In this document: positions 37,040 through 48,337 of the stretch, in pieces | Numbering within the stretch: position 1 is the first letter of the stretch | How the letters are laid out: every line of letters begins with the position of its first letter | Assembly: GCA_902590895.1 (NCBI GenBank) | Contig: CACIYM010000002.1 | Coordinates: 349-64,348, forward strand | Source: an uncultured Alphaproteobacteria bacterium | GTDB taxonomy: Bacteria; Pseudomonadota; Alphaproteobacteria; Methylaequorales; Methylaequoraceae | Length of the DNA: 64,000 nt | Direction of reading: 5' to 3' | The notes under the pieces: generated by a model | The model's input: only the letters and a program-made list of their open reading frames with translations | Databases searched by the model: none | What the model was told of the DNA's origin: nothing | Translations under genes and position numbers: made by a program

Positions 37040-37306
37040 ATGGCAAATATAAAATCAGCAAAAAAAAGAATATTACAAAGTCAAAAAAAAACTGAATTTA
37101 ATAAGTTTAGAAAAACTAGAATAAGAAGTGTAATTAAAAGTTTAAACATTTTAATTTCAAATAAAAAAAAAGACGACTCAAGAAAAAGTTTCTTAGCATT
37201 AGAATCCGAGCTATCTAAGGCAGTATCTAAGGGTGTTTATAAGAAAAATACTGCATCCAGGATTGTTTCGAGATTGTCTCAAAAACTGAAATTGCTAGTA
37301 AAGTAA
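37040..37306 (+). CDS. rpsT: 30S ribosomal protein S20
   Basis: N-terminus MANIKSAKKR... The ORF-track start 37001 is an upstream extension. Confidence 0.93.
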   Translation: MANIKSAKKRILQSQKKTEFNKFRKTRIRSVIKSLNILISNKKKDDSRKSFLALESELSKAVSKGVYKKNTASRIVSRLSQKLKLLVK

Positions 37307-37372
37307 TTTTTTTTTTGTTTTTATTGATTCAATTTTTCTAATTAGTTACTCTAATACGCTGTAGGAAATTTT

Positions 37373-37795
37373 ATGGAATTAGATTATGCTGGGGATTTAA
37401 CCCCTAAACAAGCTTGGGCTTTACTAAAGGAGGATAAAAACAGTCAACTTGTTGACTGTAGAACCACTGCAGAATGGTCGTTAGTAGGTGTCCCTGAGTT
37501 AGAATCAATAAAAAAGCTTCCTCTTTTTATTGAATGGCAAACATTTCCAATGATGGAGAAAAATCAAAGATTTCTTCAAGAGATATCAGAAAATATTACT
37601 GATAAATCTACAAAAATTATCTTTTTATGTAGATCAGGTGCTCGCTCGAGGTCTGCTGCAGAATTTTTGACAGCACAAGGATTTAATAAGTGTTATAATT
37701 GTATTGAGGGATTTGAGGGTAATCATAATGAGCTAGGTCAGAGGAGTACTATTAATGGATGGAAATTCTCAGGTCTACCGTGGAAGCAAGGTTAA
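37373..37795 (+). CDS. Single-domain rhodanese-like sulfurtransferase
   Basis: Active-site loop CRSGARS. 140 aa. Confidence 0.82.
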   Translation: MELDYAGDLTPKQAWALLKEDKNSQLVDCRTTAEWSLVGVPELESIKKLPLFIEWQTFPMMEKNQRFLQEISENITDKSTKIIFLCRSGARSRSAAEFLTAQGFNKCYNCIEGFEGNHNELGQRSTINGWKFSGLPWKQG

Positions 37796-37798
37796 GAA

Positions 37799-39175
37799 AT
37801 GGTAACCAAAAACTCTAATAACTTGTCAGAGATTCAAGCCCAATGGGTCACTGTGAGGAGTAAAATTCGTCAAAAGATAGGAGACGCACAGTTTGCAAGT
37901 TGGATTAAGCTGTTAACTCTGGAGGACTACAGTGATCAAAAAGTCACACTAAGTGTGCCCAGTAGTTTTATAAGAACAAGAATAATTGAACAGTATTTAG
38001 ACATTATTAAAAGTTATTGGTACGTACAAAATCTTAAAATAAACGACATAAAAATAGTAGTAACCAAAAAAGATGAAATTTCATCTGTGAGTTTACAAAA
38101 AAAAGAACCTAACAAGTTAGACAAAAATAACCCTCAAGATGTGTTTAAAACTATTAGTTCTGATTTAGATAGTAGATTTACATTTTCAAACTTTATTGTT
38201 GGTAAACCCAACGAACTAGCTTTTGCAGCAGCAAGAAGAGTCTCTGAAGCAGATGATGTACCCTTTAATCCTCTTTTCTTATATGGTGGTGTCGGTCTTG
38301 GTAAGACGCATCTTATGCATGCCATCGCTCATGAAATAAAAAAAAGGAACCCGCTTCGTCGAGTAATTTATATGTCTGCGGAAAAGTTTATGTATCACTT
38401 TATAAAAGCTCTTAGGTTTAAAAATACTGTTGCCTTTAAAGAACAATTTAGAAATGTTGATGTTTTAATGATAGATGATGTACAGTTTATTTCTGGTAAA
38501 GATTCAACACAAGAGGAGTTTTTTCACACCTTTAATTCTTTGATTGATCAAAGAAAACAGCTAATAATTTCTGCAGATAAATCACCACAGGACCTGGAGG
38601 GAATTGAAGAAAGAATGAGATCAAGGCTCGGATGGGGACTCGTCGCAGATATTCATCCTTTAACATATGAGTTGAGACTTGGGATTCTCCAAGCTAAAGA
38701 GGAAAAATTATCCTCAAGAATTTCATTAAACATATTAGAATTTTTAGCACATAAAATAACAACTAATGTAAGAGAACTCGAAGGAGCTTTAAACAGGCTT
38801 TCGGCCTTTTCGTCCTTGGTTGGTAGAGAAATCAGTCTTGATATGGTTCAAGATTTACTTAAAGATTTATTAAAATCTTCGCAACGAAGAGTAAATATTG
38901 AACAAATCCAAAAAAAAGTTTCACAACACTTTAATATTAAAGTTTCAGATATGAGTTCTGCAAGGAGATCAAGAACCGTTGCTAGACCAAGGCAAGTTGC
39001 GATGTACCTATCGAAAAACTTAACCTCCAGATCCTTACCAGAAATAGGTAGAAGATTTGGTAATAGAGATCATACAACAGTGATTCATGCTGTAAGGAAA
39101 GTAGAGGAATTGAGAGACAAAGATGTAAGTTTTGATGAAGATGTTCAGTTACTTATTAGAATGTTGGAATCTTAA
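37799..39175 (+). CDS. dnaA: Chromosomal replication initiator protein DnaA
   Basis: AAA+ Walker A GGVGLGKTHLMHA, MIDDVQF, and a C-terminal DNA-binding domain (RPRQVAMYL...GNRDHTTVIHA). Confidence 0.97.
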   Translation: MVTKNSNNLSEIQAQWVTVRSKIRQKIGDAQFASWIKLLTLEDYSDQKVTLSVPSSFIRTRIIEQYLDIIKSYWYVQNLKINDIKIVVTKKDEISSVSLQKKEPNKLDKNNPQDVFKTISSDLDSRFTFSNFIVGKPNELAFAAARRVSEADDVPFNPLFLYGGVGLGKTHLMHAIAHEIKKRNPLRRVIYMSAEKFMYHFIKALRFKNTVAFKEQFRNVDVLMIDDVQFISGKDSTQEEFFHTFNSLIDQRKQLIISADKSPQDLEGIEERMRSRLGWGLVADIHPLTYELRLGILQAKEEKLSSRISLNILEFLAHKITTNVRELEGALNRLSAFSSLVGREISLDMVQDLLKDLLKSSQRRVNIEQIQKKVSQHFNIKVSDMSSARRSRTVARPRQVAMYLSKNLTSRSLPEIGRRFGNRDHTTVIHAVRKVEELRDKDVSFDEDVQLLIRMLES

Positions 39176-39177
39176 GT

Positions 39178-40281
39178 ATGGAATTTTCGATAAAGCAGAA
39201 AATACTTTTGGAGTGTCTTGCACATTTTCAAAGCGTGGTAGAGAGAAGAAATACAATTCCAATACTTTCAAATATAAAAATAACTGCTATTGAGGGAGGT
39301 TTAACACTTACAGCTACTGATTTAGTTATGGAGTTAAGTGAAAGCTTGGGTGCAAGTGTAAAAACTGTTGGTGGAGTTACTATTTCATCACAACTTTTTT
39401 TTGAAATTATCAGAAAAGCCCCAGATAACTCAGAAGTAACTTTGAAAGTTGATCAAAAAACAGGATCAGTTTTTGTATTATTCGGAGAATCAAAGTTTTC
39501 GTTACCCACCTTACCTGTTGATGACTTTCCTGTAATGGATGCTCAAAAACTAGAAGTATCAATAGAATTAAAATCTAATGAATTTAAAAACTTAATTGGA
39601 AACTCTAAATTTTGTATGGGTTTAGATGAGTCAAGGCAATATTTAAACGGAGTTTACCTTCATAGTAGCGAAAATGCTTTGTCAACAGTTGCGACAGATG
39701 GTCATCGTCTTGCAAAATGTACTATAAATAAAAGTGAAATTCAGTCTTTCGAGGGGATTATAATACCAAAGAAAACTGTTTTAGAAGTATCAAAAATAGT
39801 TGAAGATTTCGATGAAAAGGTTTCATTAAGCTTCTCTAAAACTAGAATTAGATTTATTTTTGGTAATTTAGTTATAGTCTCAAAATTGGTAAATGCTTCT
39901 TTTCCAGATTATGAAAGTGTAATTCCAAAAGATAATAATCAAATTATGACAGTCGATTGTAGAAGCTTTAGCCAAACAATAGATAGAGTTTCAACAATTT
40001 CTGACGAAAAATTCAGAACTGTTAAGTTTTCTATTTCGGGGAATAATTGTGTTGTAAGTTCATTTGGAAATGATAAGTCAATCGGGACAGAGAATGTAAA
40101 TGTCGATTTTGAAGGTTCTGAAATATCGATTAATTTCAATGCTAAATATATACTTGACGTTTTGAACATTATAAAAAATGGTAAGGTAAAATTTCATTTT
40201 TCTCAACAAACTGCGCCTACTATTCTTCAATCAGACACTTTAAATAATTCTCTTTTCTTAATTATGCAAATGAGAGCATAA
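39178..40281 (+). CDS. dnaN: DNA polymerase III beta sliding clamp
   Basis: Position after dnaA, length, and beta-clamp N-terminus (MEFSIKQKILLECLAHFQSVVERRNTIPILSNI). Confidence 0.93.
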   Translation: MEFSIKQKILLECLAHFQSVVERRNTIPILSNIKITAIEGGLTLTATDLVMELSESLGASVKTVGGVTISSQLFFEIIRKAPDNSEVTLKVDQKTGSVFVLFGESKFSLPTLPVDDFPVMDAQKLEVSIELKSNEFKNLIGNSKFCMGLDESRQYLNGVYLHSSENALSTVATDGHRLAKCTINKSEIQSFEGIIIPKKTVLEVSKIVEDFDEKVSLSFSKTRIRFIFGNLVIVSKLVNASFPDYESVIPKDNNQIMTVDCRSFSQTIDRVSTISDEKFRTVKFSISGNNCVVSSFGNDKSIGTENVNVDFEGSEISINFNAKYILDVLNIIKNGKVKFHFSQQTAPTILQSDTLNNSLFLIMQMRA

Positions 40282-40288
40282 TTTTTCC

Positions 40289-41431
40289 ATGTGTTTAAAT
40301 ACTAGGATTGAAAGACTAATACTTAATAATTTTAGAAATCATAAATATCTAAATTTAGATATTAATAAAAATATGGTTTTAATTTACGGTCAAAATGGCT
40401 CAGGAAAGACAAGTGTCTTAGAGTCAATTTCGTTAATTAACTCTAGTAACGGATTCAGAGCCTCAAATCTAGGCGAGATTGTAAACAATGATTTAAAAGG
40501 ACCACTTGAAATGTTTGGCGTCAATATTTTACTCAAAGAATCAAATAATTTAACTAAAGTTGGAATTGGTTTAAAAAAAAAAATAGATAAATATCAAAAA
40601 ATAATGAGTATTGATGAAAAAAAGAATACCAATGACATAATAAATAATATACCCAATATCTACTCTATTATCCCAAAAATGACTTTTATTTTTCAAGGAA
40701 CTTCAGAAGAGAGAAGAAACTTTTTAGATCAAATGATTTTTGTAATAGAATGTGATCATAGAAAGGATATTTTAAACTATGAAAAATATAAAACTGAGCG
40801 AATAAGAATTTTAAAAAAATGGAAAGTTCAAAATGAAGAATGGTTAGATGCAGTAGAAAAAAAAATGGTATCTTATGGCTTAATAGTTTGTGACAATCGA
40901 AGAAATTTTTTGAAACAACTTAACGATAATTTAGAAATTGTAGATAAAAATTTCCCTTCATTTAAGATTCATCTGAAAGGAGAATTGGATCAGCTTTTAT
41001 TAAAAAAACCTGCTGTTGATGTTGAGGAAATCTTCGCATCAACTTTAAAGAAAAACAGAGAAAAAGATTTTTTAACTGGTAGAACCAATTATGGTGCAAA
41101 CAAAACTGATATAAATGTAGTCGAAAAAAAATCACTCAAAGAAGCAAAAACTTTTTCTACTGGGCAGCAAAAAACAATTTTATTTTTAATGATTCTTTCA
41201 TTTATAAAGTATCTAGAAAAAGTACCTTGTAAAAAAACTATCTTTTTGCTTGATGACATCTTTTCGTATCTTGATAATAATTTTATTAGTTTGGTTTTAA
41301 AAAAGTTAAATGAATTGAAGGTTCAAACATGGATGACTGATGTTAAAGGTGATTGGATTTTTGAGGATAAGTCCTATAAAGCGATCATTGATAAGATAAA
41401 TATTGACGATAAAAGGTTTAAAGTTAACTAA
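40289..41431 (+). CDS. recF: DNA replication/repair protein RecF
   Basis: Walker A GQNGSGKTSVLE, SMC-like signature FSTGQQK and Walker B LLDDI. Confidence 0.9.
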   Translation: MCLNTRIERLILNNFRNHKYLNLDINKNMVLIYGQNGSGKTSVLESISLINSSNGFRASNLGEIVNNDLKGPLEMFGVNILLKESNNLTKVGIGLKKKIDKYQKIMSIDEKKNTNDIINNIPNIYSIIPKMTFIFQGTSEERRNFLDQMIFVIECDHRKDILNYEKYKTERIRILKKWKVQNEEWLDAVEKKMVSYGLIVCDNRRNFLKQLNDNLEIVDKNFPSFKIHLKGELDQLLLKKPAVDVEEIFASTLKKNREKDFLTGRTNYGANKTDINVVEKKSLKEAKTFSTGQQKTILFLMILSFIKYLEKVPCKKTIFLLDDIFSYLDNNFISLVLKKLNELKVQTWMTDVKGDWIFEDKSYKAIIDKINIDDKRFKVN

Positions 41432-41460
41432 AAGAAGATATAATAAAACAAGGTATTTAA

Positions 41461-43884
<2,424 letters not shown>

Positions 43885-43928
43885 ATTGTAATTAGATTTA
43901 AAAAAAAATAAATGGAATATTTTTAATT

Positions 43929-45803
43929 GTGAGGTTAGTCAAGTGGTTATTTATAATCTTTATATGGTTGGTACTTTTCTTGAGTATCGCTGTTACATGG
44001 TCATTACTTAATCTGCCTGAAACTGAATCAATTCAAATTTCAAGGCAACCTAGCATAACATTTTTAGATAAAGAAGGAAGAATAATAGCCTCCTACGGAG
44101 ATATTTATGGACAATCGATTCAGTTTAAAAATCTACCTGAGAATCTTATCAATGCCGTAATTGTAACTGAAGATAAAAGATTTTTCTTTCATCCAGGAAT
44201 TGATATCAAAGGAATTGCAAGAGCGGCATTTGTCAATCTAAAAGCTGGGAGAATTCTTCAAGGTGGGAGTACAATCACTCAACAATTAGCAAAAAATCTT
44301 TTCCTTACCCCAGAAAGATCTTTTACTCGAAAACTTCATGAACTAATTTTAAGTTTTTGGTTAGAAATAAGGTTTACCAAACAGCAGTTACTAAGTATTT
44401 ACCTTAATAGGGTATACTTGGGATCAGGTACTTATGGTGTACAAGCAGCATCAGAAAAATATTTTAATAAAAAGGTTGAGGAGCTGAACTTATACGAATG
44501 TGCGCTTATAGCTAGCCTGCTTAAAGCACCTTCAAGATATAACCCTATTGCAAACGAGGAACTTTCCCGAGAGAGAACTTACAAAGTTTTAGAAAACATG
44601 AAAAGAAGTAATTTAATTACTGATCAGAGTATTATCGAGGCAAAACTAAACAATAAAACTTATAATAAATATACTTCAGCGCCAAAAAGTACTCGATATT
44701 TTATAGACTGGTTACTTCCCAGAGTTAAATCTTATCTGGGCGAAATTAAAGAAGATCTAATTATAAGAACAACACTTGATGTAAAACTTCAGGAAATTGC
44801 TGAAAATTCTGTAAACTCAATTACTTCTAAATATTCATCTGCTGATCAATCAGCTTTGGTTGCATTAGATCTTGATGGAGGTGTAAAGGCAATGATTGGG
44901 GGAAGAGATTATGGTGACACACAATTTAACAGAGTTACACAAGCACAAAGACAACCAGGGTCAGCTTTCAAAATTTTTGTTTATCTGGCAGGATTAAAAG
45001 AAGGTTTTGAGCCAGAAGATGAAATGGTTGATTCAGAAATCAATATTAATGGTTGGTCACCAAAAAATTATAAAAAAGAATATTTAGGTGAAATATCTTT
45101 ATTTGACGCTTTTGCAAAATCAATAAATACAGTTGCAGTGCAGTTGTCGGAAAATATTGGCAGACAAAATGTAATAAACATGGCAAGATCTATGGGAATC
45201 AGAAGTCCAATAATAAATTCTCCATCACTTGCACTTGGAACTTCAGAGGTAAATTTACTTGAATTAACCGCAGCATATGATGTTTTGGCAAACAGCGGAA
45301 AAGGTATTTTTGTTCATGGAATACGTTCCATTGAAAACACATCTGGGAAAACACTCTTTATGAGAGAAGGAAAAGGGCCGGGTGAAATATTGGAATCAGA
45401 ATTAGTTAATACAATGATAAGGATGTTGGAAAACACTATTCAAACAGGTACAGGAAAAAACGCTAAAATTGATAGACCAGCTGCGGGAAAAACAGGCACC
45501 AGTCAATCTTTAAGAGATGCCTGGTTCATTGGTTTTAGCTCTGATTTAGTTGTTGGTGTTTGGTTTGGTAATGATGATGATTCTCCGATGAAGGATATAA
45601 CCGGAGGTACTGCCCCAGCCATACTGTGGAGTGATTTCATGAAAAAAGCTCACCTTGGAAAACCACCAGTAGCTTTAAGCGACTCAATAATAAAAGTTAA
45701 TAGAGATAAAGAAAACAAAAGTAGAATAGATCGGTTAATAAAGAAAAGTAAAGAAATTGACCAAAGAAATGTTTTTGAAAAAATTTTAGATAATTTTTTT
45801 TAG
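43929..45803 (+). CDS. Class A penicillin-binding protein (glycosyltransferase + transpeptidase), 624 aa
   Basis: GT51 motifs EDKRFFFHPGID and GGSTITQQ. Transpeptidase motifs SAFK, SIN and KTGT. GTG start. Confidence 0.9.
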   Translation: MRLVKWLFIIFIWLVLFLSIAVTWSLLNLPETESIQISRQPSITFLDKEGRIIASYGDIYGQSIQFKNLPENLINAVIVTEDKRFFFHPGIDIKGIARAAFVNLKAGRILQGGSTITQQLAKNLFLTPERSFTRKLHELILSFWLEIRFTKQQLLSIYLNRVYLGSGTYGVQAASEKYFNKKVEELNLYECALIASLLKAPSRYNPIANEELSRERTYKVLENMKRSNLITDQSIIEAKLNNKTYNKYTSAPKSTRYFIDWLLPRVKSYLGEIKEDLIIRTTLDVKLQEIAENSVNSITSKYSSADQSALVALDLDGGVKAMIGGRDYGDTQFNRVTQAQRQPGSAFKIFVYLAGLKEGFEPEDEMVDSEININGWSPKNYKKEYLGEISLFDAFAKSINTVAVQLSENIGRQNVINMARSMGIRSPIINSPSLALGTSEVNLLELTAAYDVLANSGKGIFVHGIRSIENTSGKTLFMREGKGPGEILESELVNTMIRMLENTIQTGTGKNAKIDRPAAGKTGTSQSLRDAWFIGFSSDLVVGVWFGNDDDSPMKDITGGTAPAILWSDFMKKAHLGKPPVALSDSIIKVNRDKENKSRIDRLIKKSKEIDQRNVFEKILDNFF

Positions 45804-46385
45804 GTGTTTATTTATATTTTCTATACTAACTTCATTAGGCCTCAGTAAAGCTAAAAAATTGTCATTTTCATCGATTATAAAAATCAGAGAACTATGATCA
45901 ACTAAATAGGTATTATCCTTTTCATTTTTTTTATTGTAATTTACATAAATTTTGAAGCTTTTTATAACCTCATCAATTTCTTTTGTTGAGCCGGTTAAAC
46001 CAATAAAAGCATCGTTAAAGTTCTCGATGAAGTTTTTTACTGTAATTTGATCATCTCGTTGCGGATCAACTGTAATGAAAATAGGTAACAACTCATTTCT
46101 GAGATCCTTATTAAAATCATAAACCTGAGAAATTTTTAAAACATCCATGGGGCATATATCTGGACAGTACGTATATCCGAAATAAATTAGTTTTTTTTTT
46201 TTAATATTTTTTGAATTAAAATATACACCCTCATGATTTTTTAATAAAAAACTTCCACCAACAGTCTGTATTACACTTTTTTTTGAGGAAAATAAATTAA
46301 TGACAAAAATGCTTATGGAGATAACCAATATGATTAAAACCATCATAGAAAGATTTTTTTTAAATATACCCTTGTATTTATTCAT
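45786..46385 (-). CDS. SCO1/SenC family copper chaperone
   Basis: N-terminal TM segment. CPDICP thioredoxin-like copper motif and a conserved downstream His (VDHSS). Confidence 0.88.
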   Translation of the reverse strand: MNKYKGIFKKNLSMMVLIILVISISIFVINLFSSKKSVIQTVGGSFLLKNHEGVYFNSKNIKKKKLIYFGYTYCPDICPMDVLKISQVYDFNKDLRNELLPIFITVDPQRDDQITVKNFIENFNDAFIGLTGSTKEIDEVIKSFKIYVNYNKKNEKDNTYLVDHSSLIFIIDENDNFLALLRPNEVSIENINKHLKKII

Positions 46386-47043
46386 GATTAAGAATTACGT
46401 AAGCGTTAGAAAATTGACTTTCAAGTTTTAATGGCAGTTTTTTAAAATCTTTTCTTTGCCCATTAATGTAAAGTTTGTATTTAATTTTAGATTTTTTGCT
46501 AAATTGTTTTAATAGTTTTTCCAATAGTTTGTTTTCCTTGAAGATAAGCACCAGTTTTCCTGATAGACCATCATCTAGAATTTTTTTAATTTCGTTAACT
46601 GTATCAGGAAAATGAAAAGAAATAGACGAATTTTTTTTCCTGTTTGTAAGAAATTCGTTCTTTTTGTTTACCCAACTAGCTATTTCAAGAATACCAATAA
46701 CCTTAATTACATCAACTTTTCTTTTTGAAAAAAAATCTTCAAAGTTATTTTTATAATTAAAATACGGATCTCCAGACACAAGATATACGACAGAATTGTT
46801 TTTTTTTAATAAGTTAAAAATACTTTCATAAAATTCAATTTCTTCTTTGTTTGAAATGTCTTCTTTATATACAAAGTTTTTATTATTATCTTTTAAAAAA
46901 CTTTTAAAACTTCTATGAAAAAACTTGGAAACTATAACTATCTCAGATTTAAGTAATGTCTCCACTCCTTCAATTGTCATATCAAAAAAATCATTGGGAT
47001 TTGAGCCAACAATGTAGAATTTTTTTTTATTTTGTGTATACAT
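46378..47043 (-). CDS. Divergent tetrapyrrole (corrin/porphyrin) methylase-like protein
   Basis: FYIVGSNPND (a degenerate GxGPGD motif), VVYLVSGDPYFNY and VIGILEIAS resemble SUMT/CobA-type TP_methylase motifs. Start chosen at ATG 47043. The longer ORF to 47265 overlaps the ankyrin gene. Confidence 0.5.
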   Translation of the reverse strand: MYTQNKKKFYIVGSNPNDFFDMTIEGVETLLKSEIVIVSKFFHRSFKSFLKDNNKNFVYKEDISNKEEIEFYESIFNLLKKNNSVVYLVSGDPYFNYKNNFEDFFSKRKVDVIKVIGILEIASWVNKKNEFLTNRKKNSSISFHFPDTVNEIKKILDDGLSGKLVLIFKENKLLEKLLKQFSKKSKIKYKLYINGQRKDFKKLPLKLESQFSNAYVILNHE

Positions 47044-47065
47044 TAAAAATAAGGATAAACTAAAA

Positions 47066-47638
47066 ATGATAAAAGAAAACTTTAAATTTCTATCTTGTCT
47101 TTTTATATTTTTCTTTCTACCTATTCGTCTAATTGCTTTAGACGATAGCGATATATTTTTAGATTCTGTATTTTTTTCAGCCGTAAAAAAATCCAACCAT
47201 GATAAGGTCCAAAGGATGATTGAAGAGGGTATTGCTTTAAATATAAATGACTTTGAAGGTCTCACTCCATTAGCTTATGCGCTAAAAAATGACGATGAGA
47301 AAATGTTTGATATTCTAATTTCAAAAGGAGCGGATATTAATAAAAAAATTTTAGACGGTAATTCTCATTTAATTTTTTATATCTCAAATAAAAGATCCAA
47401 ACTAATTGAAAAAATTATTAACTCTGATGCTAATTTAAATTTTCAGGATAGAATTGGCAGAACCGCATTAATGAATGCGATAGAGAGAAAAAACCTGAAC
47501 GCTATAAACATATTAATTGAGAAAAATTTTGATAAGGAAGTTACAGATTATTCTGGAAAAACTATTCTTGATTATGCTAATAGAACAAGAGATGAAAATA
47601 TCAAAAAATTAGTGAGTAGAAGGTATTTTGGTAAGTAA
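47066..47638 (+). CDS. Secreted ankyrin-repeat protein (about 4 ANK repeats)
   Basis: Signal peptide MIKENFKFLSCLFIFFFLPIRLIA. ANK repeats (GLTPLAYALKNDDEKMFDILISKGADIN, GRTALMNAIERKNLNAINILIEKN, and others). Confidence 0.8.
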   Translation: MIKENFKFLSCLFIFFFLPIRLIALDDSDIFLDSVFFSAVKKSNHDKVQRMIEEGIALNINDFEGLTPLAYALKNDDEKMFDILISKGADINKKILDGNSHLIFYISNKRSKLIEKIINSDANLNFQDRIGRTALMNAIERKNLNAINILIEKNFDKEVTDYSGKTILDYANRTRDENIKKLVSRRYFGK

Positions 47639-48337
47639 TTTTTTAATTACAAGATTAAAAATTTGATTTTCATTCATTAAGGAAGACGAAACCGTTACTT
47701 TTTTAAAAAAAATATCATGGAAGTATTTTTTATTTTTTGAGTATAGAAAACCTTGAAAAAGAAATATTGGGTGAAGTAATATTGATAGTTTATCGTTTTT
47801 AAGACGTCTTAATTTTTCTATTACATTAGTTTCACCACCTACATAATGAAAAAAAGATTTTGAGACATTTAGTTCCTTAGAAAGAAGTCTTGTGTATTTT
47901 TGCAGATTTAGTAACACAGACTTATCTTTACTGTATGATGAACTTGTTACCAATATAGTATTCTCTTCATTTTTTATTTTTTTTTTTAAGATTTTTGTAG
48001 TTTCTGGGAGTATTTCCTTTAACAAGGATAGTTTATCAATTAGAACTACATTTTTAGATTCGTTATATTTTTGTATAAGTCTTTTAACATCCTTTTTAAA
48101 ATGATTACCTTCAAAAATCAGAAATGGAAAAATAAAAACTCTGCTGTACTTTTTGGGGTATTTTAATAAACAATCCTCCAATGAGGGCTTATTGACTTCT
48201 AAAAAACTTATGAAGACTTTGATATTAATTTTCTCTTCAATTTTTTTCTTAATTTTTCTTAAATTAACGGAATGATTTTTTGATCTTGATCCATGTCCAC
48301 ACAATAATATGACATTATTATTTTTTTGATTTTTCAC
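47609..48337 (-). CDS. CbiX/SirB-like sirohydrochlorin chelatase-like protein (two-lobe, C-lobe degenerate)
   Basis: N-lobe has LLCGHGSR...FLEVNKPSL...FPFLIFEGNHFKKDV. The C-lobe repeats the fold but lacks the GHGS motif (VTSSSYS). Confidence 0.55.
   Translation of the reverse strand: MKNQKNNNVILLCGHGSRSKNHSVNLRKIKKKIEEKINIKVFISFLEVNKPSLEDCLLKYPKKYSRVFIFPFLIFEGNHFKKDVKRLIQKYNESKNVVLIDKLSLLKEILPETTKILKKKIKNEENTILVTSSSYSKDKSVLLNLQKYTRLLSKELNVSKSFFHYVGGETNVIEKLRRLKNDKLSILLHPIFLFQGFLYSKNKKYFHDIFFKKVTVSSSLMNENQIFNLVIKKLLTKIPSTH

Noticed and set aside
36987-37801. oriC next to dnaA.
   Set aside because: The intergenic DNA is 53 nt, 66 nt and 3 nt. There is no DnaA-box cluster and no AT-rich unwinding element distinguishable from the AT-rich background. 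The question cannot be decided without whole-genome skew analysis.
47044-47265. N-terminal 74-aa extension of ORF 46378-47265.
   Set aside because: The extension overlaps the ankyrin gene on the opposite strand and has no methylase-like sequence. The internal ATG 47043 gives the family-typical N-terminus directly before the FYIVGS motif.
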